A model generated the notes under the pieces. That model searched no databases. It saw only the letters and a list, made by a program, of their open reading frames with translations, and had not been told where the DNA came from. A DNA stretch of 24,724 bases, from IMG/VR virus record IMGVR_UViG_3300025138_000331, positions 1-24,724 of that record; one strand, 5' to 3'. The position numbers and the translations under genes were made by a program. Numbering within the stretch: the stretch's first letter is position 1; each line of letters starts with the position of its first letter. This document shows positions 1-7,570 of this stretch, one piece after another. The DNA is from a virus. Taxonomy: Duplodnaviria; Caudoviricetes.

Positions 1-364
1 TAGGTATTAATCCTGCTATTGCTTTATTTATTACTTTAGCTCCAGCTCTAATACCTAAATCTTTATCAATAATCTTGTAAATTAATTTATCATCATAACC
101 ATTTACTAATGCTATTGCATCATGACCGGTTACAACTCTTTTATTTAATCTATTTAATACCTCAAATATATTTTTAACGTTTTCAGCTTTTAAATGGCTA
201 TTTTTAATACACGTTTTACCTGTAACATAGTATTGTTTAAATGGATTATAAGTGTATTCTAATATTTTATGAATGAAATCACTACTATTTTTTATAATTT
301 CTACCTTATCATTAGCACTACTTGTGCTACGCATTTGCTCAATAAAACCATTTAATTCTGTCAT
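1..364 (-). CDS. ATP-dependent DNA ligase, T4 gp30-like, N-terminal part (runs off the left edge)
   Basis: Not in the ORF track. Manual translation MTELNGFIEQMRSTSSANDKVEII...LEYTYNPFKQYYV...RVVTGHDAI...IIDKDLGIRAGAKVINKAIAGLIP resembles the N-terminal domain of T4-type ligases (S..S...K..I; TY...QYY; R..TG..A; DL..G....NK...GLIP just before the adenylation domain). Confidence 0.85.
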   Translation of the reverse strand, partial: MTELNGFIEQMRSTSSANDKVEIIKNSSDFIHKILEYTYNPFKQYYVTGKTCIKNSHLKAENVKNIFEVLNRLNKRVVTGHDAIALVNGYDDKLIYKIIDKDLGIRAGAKVINKAIAGLIP

Positions 365-369
365 AACCC

Positions 370-618
370 TTATTTATTTTTAATATGGTAACTGTATTTC
401 CAACCTGTATCCTCATCTTCAATTTCATTTTCTTCAACTTCGTAAGGAGTAGATAAAAATAAACCATTTAACTCTGAGACATTAACTTTAGCCCAGTATC
501 CAAATCTTAACATAATATATTCTTCACCGTCGAATTTATCATATCTTGCTTCAATCTGGAAATCATCGTAACCATATAATTCTTTTATTTCTACTAATTT
601 GCTGTATTTTAATTTCAT
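370..618 (-). CDS. hypothetical protein (82 aa)
   Basis: ORF track; start preceded by AAAATAAAGGTT, the recurrent start motif. Confidence 0.8.
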   Translation of the reverse strand: MKLKYSKLVEIKELYGYDDFQIEARYDKFDGEEYIMLRFGYWAKVNVSELNGLFLSTPYEVEENEIEDEDTGWKYSYHIKNK

Positions 619-623
619 AACCT

Positions 624-770
624 TTATTTTTTCGATTGATTATACATTCTAATTGCATGCTCCTTATCTAGAGCATTTAATGAATTACCTGTAGTTTTAT
701 TATTTTTATAAATTTCAAACCACGTAAACCCCATATAATCTTTACTACTTCTTTGAATTGCTTTAATCAT
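624..770 (-). CDS. small hypothetical protein (48 aa, MIKAIQRSSKDYMGFTWFEIY...)
   Basis: Manual translation; directly downstream of the promoter repeat at 795-825, with AAAGGTTATG start. Confidence 0.7.
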   Translation of the reverse strand: MIKAIQRSSKDYMGFTWFEIYKNNKTTGNSLNALDKEHAIRMYNQSKK

Positions 771-794
771 AACCTTTATTTTTTATTTATACCA

Positions 795-825
795 TAAATA
801 TACGAACGCTTCCTCGCTTCTCCAA
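795..825 (-). promoter_or_regulatory. Bacteroidota sigma-A-type phage early promoter, copy A
   Basis: Minus strand TTG-GAGAAGCGAGGAAGCGTTCG(20 nt)-TATATTTA; fits the Bacteroidota -33 TTG / -7 TAnnTTTG architecture. Confidence 0.8.
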
Positions 826-830
826 ATATT

Positions 831-995
831 TTAATGGAAAAGTAAACCGTTTTCGTATGAATTTTGTTGAGCTTGCTCTTCAGCTAATATATCATATGCT
901 TGAGCTTCTGTAATACAAATTTCTTCTGTACCATTCCAAGCAATAGCACATTCATCACCTGTTAAACCATCTTTAAAAAATCTTAATACTGTCAT
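831..995 (-). CDS. small acidic hypothetical protein (54 aa, MTVLRFFKDGLTGDECAIAW...)
   Basis: Manual translation; fills the interval between promoter copies A and B. Confidence 0.75.
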   Translation of the reverse strand: MTVLRFFKDGLTGDECAIAWNGTEEICITEAQAYDILAEEQAQQNSYENGLLFH

Positions 996-1022
996 AACCT
1001 TCATTTTTATTTATTTATGCCG

Positions 1023-1053
1023 TAAATATACGAACCCTATTTCAGGTATCCAA
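1023..1053 (-). promoter_or_regulatory. early promoter, copy B
   Basis: TTG-GATACCTGAAATAGGGTTCG-TATATTTA, 20-nt spacer. Confidence 0.8.
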
Positions 1054-1064
1054 ATATTTAGCCA

Positions 1065-1220
1065 CTAATATTCAAAAACATCCCCATAGGGGTTGTCAGT
1101 TTCTTCGTCATCTTTAGGAGAATTCATATTTTTCTTTATTAACTTGTCTTTTAACTCAGTAGTTACTTCATAACACCAACCTATACCGCTTATTAATACT
1201 TTCTTACTATTCACCTTCAT
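1065..1220 (-). CDS. small hypothetical protein (51 aa, MKVNSKKVLISGIGWCYEV...)
   Basis: Manual translation; overlaps the end of the upstream gene and fills the gap. Confidence 0.55.
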   Translation of the reverse strand: MKVNSKKVLISGIGWCYEVTTELKDKLIKKNMNSPKDDEETDNPYGDVFEY

Positions 1221-1374
1221 CATTTATTTGTTCAACATACTCAATTTTATCTTCTTCTTCATTTTTTAATACACATGAAGCACAACACATACCTGCATTA
1301 GCCATTTGAACAGGTGAAAACCATGACATTAAACCTGCCATTAATATACTTAAAAATCTAATTATCTTTCTCAT
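1207..1374 (-). CDS. small hypothetical protein with hydrophobic N-terminus and CCxxC (55 aa)
   Basis: Track ORF 1207-1452 with start moved to MRKIIRFLSILMAGL..., because the upstream part overlaps another ORF. Confidence 0.6.
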   Translation of the reverse strand: MRKIIRFLSILMAGLMSWFSPVQMANAGMCCASCVLKNEEEDKIEYVEQINDEGE

Positions 1375-1528
1375 TGGATTGTTTTTCATATGCTTTAGGT
1401 GATGGCATTCCTGAGTAATGACACCATTTTTCATATTCATAATCATCATCAAGTTTACTATTTTCAGGGTGAAGCATATCGTTACCTTTTTTTAATTCTT
1501 CTTCTATATTACGTTTTGTTTTGCTCAT
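1358..1528 (-). CDS. small hypothetical protein (56 aa, ...EKWCHYSGMPSPKAY...)
   Basis: Manual translation; starts just after the stop of 1530-1871. Confidence 0.65.
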   Translation of the reverse strand: MSKTKRNIEEELKKGNDMLHPENSKLDDDYEYEKWCHYSGMPSPKAYEKQSNEKDN

Positions 1529-1529
1529 A

Positions 1530-1871
1530 TTAAAATTTAATTATTATTCCATAAGAAAATATTGATAATCCTATTCCTAATGCCATTCTATCTGGAGTAA
1601 TATGTTTTGCTATTCCAGGTTCGGACCAATTATTTCCATTATTATTAGTAGACATTGATATTATACTAGCTGCAATCATTGCTCCCCCACCTATCATACA
1701 TTGAGAACTTATATGTATATTTTTACTTTTAGACTTTAATTTATTGGGTTTGATTTCTGTAGAGTTTATTTTAAGGTCTGTTGGAAGTTCATTATTGGAC
1801 ATTTGACTATTTATTTTATTATAACTTCCTAATAATACTATTAGTATTAATATATTAATCGTTTTTTTCAT
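1530..1871 (-). CDS. hypothetical membrane protein (signal peptide plus two hydrophobic segments)
   Basis: MKKTINILILIVLLGS signal-like start; hydrophobic MIGGGAMIAASIISM and MALGIGLSIFSYGIIIKF. Confidence 0.7.
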   Translation of the reverse strand: MKKTINILILIVLLGSYNKINSQMSNNELPTDLKINSTEIKPNKLKSKSKNIHISSQCMIGGGAMIAASIISMSTNNNGNNWSEPGIAKHITPDRMALGIGLSIFSYGIIIKF

Positions 1872-1973
1872 ATTTTTATTTATTTAATATTATACAAACA
1901 TATTCGGGTACATTGAAATAATATGCTATTAAAAAACATATTGACCATTTTGCTATATAAAACATTAACAATT

Positions 1974-2189
1974 TCATCTTTCTAGTATTACAAATGAACC
2001 AAAGTAATTATCAAACACTTTCAATAGATGTTCATAATCCCCATTAGTCATTTCGTCAATAATCTTAACTGAGTCTAATCCTAATTGCTTAGAAAATCTT
2101 CTAGCATAACCCATCAATGCATAAGCATTACCCTCTGGGCCTGTTAGATCTATTACTATTTCTTTTTGAGGATGTTTTTCTCTAATCAT
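1974..2189 (-). CDS. phage hypothetical protein (IDLTGPEGNAYALMG...GDYEHLL)
   Basis: ORF track; the DLxGPxGNAxxL...DYxxL pattern recalls small phage proteins of unknown function. Confidence 0.75.
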   Translation of the reverse strand: MIREKHPQKEIVIDLTGPEGNAYALMGYARRFSKQLGLDSVKIIDEMTNGDYEHLLKVFDNYFGSFVILER

Positions 2190-2268
2190 AATGTTTAGCT
2201 ATTAATTTGTTTTTTACTTCCTCACTAATTTCATTATTTTGGTATAATTGTTCTATTAATTCTATCAT
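2182..2268 (-). CDS. possible micro-ORF (28 aa, MIELIEQLYQNNEISEEVKNKLIAKHYD)
   Basis: Manual translation; ATGA-coupled to the upstream stop and overlapping the downstream start. Confidence 0.4.
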   Translation of the reverse strand: MIELIEQLYQNNEISEEVKNKLIAKHYD

Positions 2269-2477
2269 TTTCTATCTCTTATTTGAATACATTTATCATA
2301 ATCCTCTATTTCTTCAAAATATTGGAGTACTGTATCTACATTATCATAATCCTTAGGTAAATAAAATTCATCCTGATCTGATAATGTATCAAAATCTGTA
2401 TTGCCTATTAGTAAATCAAATGCATTTGTATAACTTGCATTTACTATTTCGTCTGTAATTGTTTCTACTTCTTCCAT
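2265..2477 (-). CDS. acidic protein with C-terminal UVR-like motif (EDYDKCIQIRD)
   Basis: Track ORF 2265-2561 with start moved to MEEVET, which carries the AAAATAAAAGTTATG start motif. Confidence 0.7.
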   Translation of the reverse strand: MEEVETITDEIVNASYTNAFDLLIGNTDFDTLSDQDEFYLPKDYDNVDTVLQYFEEIEDYDKCIQIRDRK

Positions 2478-2498
2478 AACTTTTATTTTTCGGCCCCC

Positions 2499-2516
2499 AA
2501 AAGCGCTTGCGCGCTT
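2499..2516 (-). terminator. hairpin, probable intrinsic terminator after the RadA-like gene
   Basis: Minus strand AAGCGC-GCAA-GCGCTT-TT: 6-bp stem, GNRA tetraloop, short U tract. Confidence 0.5.
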
Positions 2517-2550
2517 GGAGAATGAGGGTTGGTTATGTGTAGTTAATATT

Positions 2551-3336
2551 TTATTCAGCATTCATTGCTTCAGTAAATAACCATCCAACATGGTTTTTCT
2601 GGTTAAGGCTAAAATGTAATTTATTCATTTCACCACCTCTTCTATTTTTACTAAAAAATAAACATCTACTATCTTCAACGAATTTCATATGGCCCATTCC
2701 AGTTAGCATATGCTTGAATCTGTTTGAACCTGCAAACTCACCACCTTTAGTAACTTGTTGTATTATCATGAATGAAGTATTCTTTTTAGCTATATTCTCA
2801 GCTTTGTTATGCTTTTCAAGTAAATTTAATACTTGGCTTTCAGCATTTTTAAATGTACCACCATGAAAATCTACTATATTTGTACAAACTTCAGCCATAC
2901 TATCTATAAGAACAACATCAAACCCTTGAGCTAATACACTCTTTAATATTACTATTGGATCATTTTCTATGTAATCACCTAAAAATAATATATCTAATTG
3001 ACCAAACTTTGGAAATCTTTTTACATATCCAAACATATCTATGCTTGTCATTTCACCAGATATAAATAAACATTTTTGACCATTTGCTTGTAAATCAGCT
3101 AATACATCAAGCATAACTGTTGATTTACCAACTCCTGGATCACCTACAAATGCAAAATTTGTACCTTTCATTAATCCACCTTCGCTACTTAATAATGAAT
3201 CTATTTTTTTACCTGTTTTCATAGGAACGAATAAATTCTTATCGAATGATAAGTTATCCATTTTTACTAATTTTGGAGTAAATCTTTTAACTTCTAAACC
3301 TCCAACTAATTTATTTTTATTTTTTATTTTTAACAT
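2551..3336 (-). CDS. RadA/Sms-like RecA-family ATPase (ATPase domain only)
   Basis: Walker A GDPGVGKST, ISGEM, Walker B VVLIDS, QVTKGGEFAG...KHM (cf. RadA HVTKEG.IAGP..LEH) and SKNRRG (cf. KNRFG). No N-terminal C4 Zn finger and no Lon-like C-terminal domain. Confidence 0.85.
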   Translation of the reverse strand: MLKIKNKNKLVGGLEVKRFTPKLVKMDNLSFDKNLFVPMKTGKKIDSLLSSEGGLMKGTNFAFVGDPGVGKSTVMLDVLADLQANGQKCLFISGEMTSIDMFGYVKRFPKFGQLDILFLGDYIENDPIVILKSVLAQGFDVVLIDSMAEVCTNIVDFHGGTFKNAESQVLNLLEKHNKAENIAKKNTSFMIIQQVTKGGEFAGSNRFKHMLTGMGHMKFVEDSRCLFFSKNRRGGEMNKLHFSLNQKNHVGWLFTEAMNAE

Positions 3337-3374
3337 AACCTTTATTTTTATTATTATTAACCTTAACTACGTGG

Positions 3375-3405
3375 TGAATATACGAACGCTTTTTTGCTTC
3401 TCCAA
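3375..3405 (-). promoter_or_regulatory. early promoter, copy C
   Basis: TTG-GAGAAGCAAAAAAGCGTTCG-TATATTCA. Confidence 0.8.
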
Positions 3406-3423
3406 GCATTTGCGCAATTACTT

Positions 3424-3624
3424 TTATTTATTATAAGGTAATTTATAACCTAATTTCTCACAACCTTCTTCAAACTCCGCATGAAGGTTATTCATTTCAA
3501 AGTATTCATCCACAGTGATAACTGGATTATTTGAGTTAACATTAAACATTAATTCTGAATCATATGATGATTTACTATTCCAATTTATAGTAACTTGATT
3601 TTGTATTTTTTCTATTTTATTCAT
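3424..3624 (-). CDS. hypothetical protein (66 aa), repeat-flanked cassette gene
   Basis: ORF track; lies exactly between repeat copies C and D. Confidence 0.75.
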   Translation of the reverse strand: MNKIEKIQNQVTINWNSKSSYDSELMFNVNSNNPVITVDEYFEMNNLHAEFEEGCEKLGYKLPYNK

Positions 3625-3650
3625 AACTTTTATTTTTTTAACTTACGATG

Positions 3651-3681
3651 TGAATATACGAACGATTTTTTGCTTCTCCAA
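3651..3681 (-). promoter_or_regulatory. early promoter, copy D
   Basis: TTG-GAGAAGCAAAAAATCGTTCG-TATATTCA. Confidence 0.8.
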
Positions 3682-3693
3682 GCATTTGCGCCA

Positions 3694-4398
3694 TTACTTT
3701 AATTTGTCGTATTTAAAGTATTTAACTACAAAATCACTATAGTGGTCTGATTTATTAGTAGGCTCTCCATATAAATGGTTATTAATGATCACTCTCATTT
3801 TCATCCCAGTAAAATACTTTAATAAACTTTTATCAGTTATTCTTTTAATTAGATATCCATCATATTTTATTTCTATTAAATCTGGAGTCCATAAACAACT
3901 GTATTTAATAAAATGTTTTGATGGATCTTTAAATCCCCAATACTTTTGTTTAGTTCCAGTTGATTTAATAACTCCTTGCTGATTATAATGAAAATTAGGT
4001 ACAACATTCCAAAACCCTAGTGGTGTTTTTATTGAAGGGTTTAAGTAAGAATTATCATCATTTGTATAACCCTCAAAGATATCAATCTCAGGTGGCCAAC
4101 TATCAGATGCCCATAACCAAAAAGCAGGCCATATTTTTTTAGCAGATGGTAATTTAGCTTCTATTTCAAAATACCCATAATCAAAATCATCAACACTTGA
4201 TAATAAACCTACCCCATATTTAGATTCTCCAATATTAGGAAATACTCGTGGATTATAATGGGTTTCTAAATGAGCATACCCCCAATTATCAACCTTAACA
4301 CATTTTGGATCATACCATACATAAGCTTTGTCTGGGTGTATGTCTCCCCATCTTTCTCTCGTTTGCCATTTATATCCTGACCATTTTATTTTACTCAT
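3694..4398 (-). CDS. glycoside hydrolase family 16 (beta-glucanase/laminarinase-like)
   Basis: YGYFEIEAKLP...WPAFW...WPPEIDIFEG with the intact ExDxxE catalytic motif, and Y...WTPD.I...YDG. Start moved to MSKIKW because a separate ORF ends at 4391. Confidence 0.9.
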   Translation of the reverse strand: MSKIKWSGYKWQTRERWGDIHPDKAYVWYDPKCVKVDNWGYAHLETHYNPRVFPNIGESKYGVGLLSSVDDFDYGYFEIEAKLPSAKKIWPAFWLWASDSWPPEIDIFEGYTNDDNSYLNPSIKTPLGFWNVVPNFHYNQQGVIKSTGTKQKYWGFKDPSKHFIKYSCLWTPDLIEIKYDGYLIKRITDKSLLKYFTGMKMRVIINNHLYGEPTNKSDHYSDFVVKYFKYDKLK

Positions 4399-4528
4399 GT
4401 CCATATAATCTATAATATTGTGTACCTGTTTTAGTTTCACCATGTTGCCAATCTAAATTAGACCCCATTAATCTATCTAAATCTTGAGCCCTTTGACTGG
4501 AAATAAGGTAGTCAATTGTATTTTTCAT
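4391..4528 (-). CDS. small hypothetical protein (45 aa, MKNTIDYLISSQRAQDLDRLMG...)
   Basis: Manual translation; stop overlaps the GH16 start. Confidence 0.55.
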   Translation of the reverse strand: MKNTIDYLISSQRAQDLDRLMGSNLDWQHGETKTGTQYYRLYGHE

Positions 4529-4536
4529 TACAATTA

Positions 4537-4737
4537 TCAAAGTGAAGATAATATTTGTTCCCGTTTAATTGTATTGTTTAATTTTTCTAAATCATTTAAT
4601 GTTAAATGTATAGAATCAACATAACGTTTTCTATTCTCATTAATTAACTGTTTAGCTACAGTCTCATTTTTACACTCAACAATATTTAAATCAAGATTAA
4701 CTTGATCCCTTGATATAACATAACATCCATTTTCCAT
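4537..4737 (-). CDS. hypothetical protein (66 aa, MENGCYVISRDQ...)
   Basis: 3' part of track ORF 4537-4890; the upstream part is occupied by an ORF in another frame. Confidence 0.65.
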   Translation of the reverse strand: MENGCYVISRDQVNLDLNIVECKNETVAKQLINENRKRYVDSIHLTLNDLEKLNNTIKREQILSSL

Positions 4738-4747
4738 TTTTTCTTTT

Positions 4748-4915
4748 TTAAAATTTAGATTTAAACCCAAAATCATCCATTGAATTCTCCTCACCAATTT
4801 CTTCAACCACAAACGGAACCCCATAACGAAATAATATAGTCTCATCTTGTACCACACCCATTTTAGTATGATGTGTAAACGTTTTACCATTATCTACATT
4901 AGTAATCTTAAACAT
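4748..4915 (-). CDS. small hypothetical protein (55 aa, MFKITNVDNGKTFTHH...)
   Basis: Manual translation; AAGTTATG start motif just after the upstream stop. Confidence 0.65.
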   Translation of the reverse strand: MFKITNVDNGKTFTHHTKMGVVQDETILFRYGVPFVVEEIGEENSMDDFGFKSKF

Positions 4916-4918
4916 AAC

Positions 4919-5179
4919 TTAATTTATTAAAGTAGTATCAGCATTTAAACCACCATTACTGCAACATGATAATAATATTGAATTATCCGTTTCCAATGTC
5001 ATAATATATTCCATTAAATCAGCATTTTCCTGCTCTAAATCAAATATTTTATCTACGTGTGTAGCGTCTTGTGTCTTACTATTCTCTAATAATTGAGTTA
5101 ACGCCTTATTCTTTCCGAACAACCAAGTAATACTAGCCATAGCCAATATTATTGTTACCATTATAAACCTTCTTTGCAT
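4919..5179 (-). CDS. membrane-anchored coiled-coil protein
   Basis: N-terminal hydrophobic FIMVTIILAMASITWLF followed by a heptad-like LEQENADL...LETDN stretch. Confidence 0.7.
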   Translation of the reverse strand: MQRRFIMVTIILAMASITWLFGKNKALTQLLENSKTQDATHVDKIFDLEQENADLMEYIMTLETDNSILLSCCSNGGLNADTTLIN

Positions 5180-5180
5180 A

Positions 5181-5372
5181 CTATTTTTGTTTTAATTTAG
5201 TTAAATAATCATTATATTTCAGAAATAACTCACGATCAATATTATTTACCATACCAAACATAAGTGCTGTGTTAATTATTTTACTACGCTGCTCCACAGC
5301 ACACTGCTCAACATACTTGGTATGTTGTTGTCTTCTAATATATGGTATTTTACTCTTTTTTCTCAACGTCAT
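5181..5372 (-). CDS. basic hypothetical protein (63 aa)
   Basis: ORF track; tightly packed with its neighbours. Confidence 0.65.
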   Translation of the reverse strand: MTLRKKSKIPYIRRQQHTKYVEQCAVEQRSKIINTALMFGMVNNIDRELFLKYNDYLTKLKQK

Positions 5373-5688
5373 TATTTTCTAAATAATCCCCCTCAATTTT
5401 ATTAATAAACTTCTTAAAATCTTGATCTTTATCAGCTGTTAATCCACCAACAGTATAAATCTTATCATCTTCCTCTGACCATGGTCCTTGCTCATCTGCA
5501 CGTTCCAAAAAATCTAACACATCGGGATCATTAGCCCAATCATTTTCATCAACTGGGTTATCATTAGTCAAATATTTATTTTCCCATCTATCCATATAAC
5601 CATGAAACCAACCTCTCAATACTTGAAATATCATTCCTAAAAAGGTACTAATAATAACAATTGAAAATACCCACACTACAATTTCCAT
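5350..5688 (-). CDS. single-pass membrane protein with acidic soluble domain
   Basis: N-terminal IVVWVFSIVIISTFLGMIF; start moved to MEIVVW (TAATG-coupled to a 37-aa ORF at 5688-5801). Confidence 0.7.
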   Translation of the reverse strand: MEIVVWVFSIVIISTFLGMIFQVLRGWFHGYMDRWENKYLTNDNPVDENDWANDPDVLDFLERADEQGPWSEEDDKIYTVGGLTADKDQDFKKFINKIEGDYLENNDVEKKE

Positions 5689-5801
5689 TACTTGAGATCC
5701 CATACACTTGGTTTTTTACGTTTAATACGTTTAATTTTTTTCAGTAATGGTATATTAACATTATCCCAAAATACCCACCAATTACTCTTCTGTTTCTTCA
5801 T
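5688..5801 (-). CDS. possible basic micro-ORF (37 aa, MKKQKSNWWVFWDNVNIPLLKK...)
   Basis: Manual translation; its stop overlaps the next start as TAATG. Confidence 0.45.
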   Translation of the reverse strand: MKKQKSNWWVFWDNVNIPLLKKIKRIKRKKPSVWDLK

Positions 5802-6192
5802 CTTCATCTATACCATATTCTGATTTAACAAACGCCAATTCTTCTTTAGTAAACAACTCTGGATCATCTGAAATAATACTCTCCACATTAGAGGCAAAAT
5901 ACTCCTCAAACTGATCATCCAAATAGACATCATCATACAAATACTCATCAATATAAACTGAATACCCCTGTTCTAAATTCTCCATTACGCGATCCGCAAC
6001 ATCTGAATCATAATAATGCACATCCTCATTTATAGAAGGATGCTGATCATCAAAAGTAACAATAAACAACTCATAACCATCCGCTGTTGATTCTGTATAC
6101 GCTTTAACATCTGCCTTATCCCAATCATTCATATCATGATACATTTCTGTATTCAAATAATCAAGCACTATTTTCTTAAAATCTATATCCAT
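5782..6192 (-). CDS. highly acidic protein (136 aa)
   Basis: About 42 D/E against about 7 K/R by manual count. Confidence 0.8.
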   Translation of the reverse strand: MDIDFKKIVLDYLNTEMYHDMNDWDKADVKAYTESTADGYELFIVTFDDQHPSINEDVHYYDSDVADRVMENLEQGYSVYIDEYLYDDVYLDDQFEEYFASNVESIISDDPELFTKEELAFVKSEYGIDEDEETEE

Positions 6193-6197
6193 AACTC

Positions 6198-6533
6198 TTA
6201 TTTTGTTTTAACTGTTTTATTTTCATTTATATTTTCTAATGTTGGGAAATATCCAAGTTTTTGAAGGTCTTTAAATCTTTTCCTAATAGATCTATATTTC
6301 ATTAATCTTTGACCTGTATGTTTATGTAAAGCTATCTCATCAAATGAGATTTTTGCTTGCTTATATAAATCTCTATTGGTAATTCTCCATGAAAAACTCA
6401 TAGAAGTATAACCTAAATCCTTACATAATTCTTTCTGGTCATAGTAAGGAGATTCTATTAATTGTGCTTCTCCATTAATCTTAACATAATGAAAATTGGA
6501 GTGAAATTGGGGTAATCTTGTTTTATTTCTCAT
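6198..6533 (-). CDS. hypothetical protein (111 aa)
   Basis: ORF track; first gene after promoter copy E. Confidence 0.75.
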   Translation of the reverse strand: MRNKTRLPQFHSNFHYVKINGEAQLIESPYYDQKELCKDLGYTSMSFSWRITNRDLYKQAKISFDEIALHKHTGQRLMKYRSIRKRFKDLQKLGYFPTLENINENKTVKTK

Positions 6534-6559
6534 ATAACTGGTTTTTTATAACTTTTATT

Positions 6560-6590
6560 TTAATATACGAACTATTATTTAAATATCCAA
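6560..6590 (-). promoter_or_regulatory. early promoter, copy E (divergent; overlaps the lysozyme stop)
   Basis: TTG-GATATTTAAATAATAGTTCG-TATATTAA, same 20-nt spacing. Confidence 0.65.
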
Positions 6591-7091
6591 ACTATCCTTA
6601 CTATTTTTTGAAAGTTCTTTTTGAACTTTATACCAATAATGGATTGTTCTTTTTCTTAAAGGACCTTTAGGTCCTCCATTCCATGAACGAGCAATTATCT
6701 CATTACTATGATCTTTATGGTGAAAATTCTTCCATATTAAAAACATTTCAATAGATTTCTTATGGCTGTATCTGTCCTTATTTTTGTATTGCGTATTATC
6801 GCCTAATATCGCTAGTATACGGTTAACTTCTCGCACCATAATAGGACGAATCTGTAAACACCCCACAGATGGAATTATTAAATGTCTATCTCCAATACAA
6901 CTATCATTTCCATTGCTTTCTACTTGAATTAAAGCGTTAATTAACCTTAAGTCTTTATTAATCTTAGGTTCTTCAACATTAATTTTTTGTGGAAGATCAT
7001 GATATATTTTTAATAAATCTGTTTTATTTTTATTAGCACCTAACATTATACATAATGCTGATACCCCAGTGAGTACTATACTTCTTATCAT
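6579..7091 (-). CDS. lysozyme-fold muramidase/lytic transglycosylase (i-type/destabilase-like) with N-terminal anchor
   Basis: ALIQVES (catalytic Glu), SVGCLQI, ARSWNGGPKG...TIHYWYKV (cf. i-type lysozyme AR.HNGGP.G...T..YW); hydrophobic N-terminus. Confidence 0.8.
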   Translation of the reverse strand: MIRSIVLTGVSALCIMLGANKNKTDLLKIYHDLPQKINVEEPKINKDLRLINALIQVESNGNDSCIGDRHLIIPSVGCLQIRPIMVREVNRILAILGDNTQYKNKDRYSHKKSIEMFLIWKNFHHKDHSNEIIARSWNGGPKGPLRKRTIHYWYKVQKELSKNSKDSLDI

Positions 7092-7101
7092 AATTTATAA
7101 T

Positions 7102-7353
7102 TTAAAATGGTAATTCAACTTCATTCATACCCATTTGGGTAAATAGACCTTCTATTTTTTTAGTTGGTTCAGTTATATTTTTTAATTTTCTAGTTTGTAA
7201 ATTTGCAAAAGGACATTCAAAAATTTCAATTACTCTCGAATGATCCCCATCCATATCCCTTTTAATACTATGAGCCATTTGTCTAGCCATATAATCATTT
7301 TCAGCATAAACATATGTATCTATTACAACAGCGTATCTTTTTTGATTTTTCAT
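7102..7353 (-). CDS. hypothetical protein (83 aa)
   Basis: ORF track. Confidence 0.75.
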   Translation of the reverse strand: MKNQKRYAVVIDTYVYAENDYMARQMAHSIKRDMDGDHSRVIEIFECPFANLQTRKLKNITEPTKKIEGLFTQMGMNEVELPF

Positions 7354-7358
7354 CCTTT

Positions 7359-7514
7359 TTATTTACAAATTAAACATTCTTTACCATAACTTATTTTAGT
7401 ATTCTTACAAAGACCACAATAAATAACTGTGCCTGATGTTGAGGCATGGTGAAACATTTTATTATATATTATATCCAATCTATTTTGGATATTTGATTTT
7501 ACTTTATTTGTCAT
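7359..7514 (-). CDS. small C4 zinc-ribbon protein (51 aa, CGLC-x10-CLIC)
   Basis: Manual translation MTNKVKSNIQNRLDIIYNKMFHHASTSGTVIYCGLCKNTKISYGKECLICK; AAAGGTTATG start after promoter F. Confidence 0.7.
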   Translation of the reverse strand: MTNKVKSNIQNRLDIIYNKMFHHASTSGTVIYCGLCKNTKISYGKECLICK

Positions 7515-7539
7515 AACCTTTATTTATTTATTTACGTCG

Positions 7540-7570
7540 TAAATATACGAAGGCTCCCTTGAGGAGCCTA
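7540..7570 (-). promoter_or_regulatory. early promoter, copy F, with a hairpin-forming spacer
   Basis: TAG-GCTCCTCAAGGGAGCCTTCG-TATATTTA; AGGCTCC/GGAGCCT stem at 7551-7569. Confidence 0.7.

Larger units (their letters stand above)
3374..3700. repeat. 51-bp direct repeat (3374-3424 and 3650-3700, 49/51 identical) flanking one 66-aa ORF
   Basis: gtgaatatacgaacg[c/a]ttttttgcttctccaagcatttgcgc[a/c]attacttt occurs twice, 276 bp apart. Confidence 0.9.

Noticed and set aside
4738-4890. Long N-terminal extensions of track ORFs (also 1375-1452, 2478-2561, 4399-4443, 20227-20388)
   Set aside because: They overlap other coherent ORFs or a terminator-like hairpin; downstream ATGs with coupling or the start motif fit better.
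4919-5179. TM plus coiled-coil protein as an i-spanin
   Set aside because: No overlapping or adjacent lipoprotein (o-spanin) and no holin-endolysin context.
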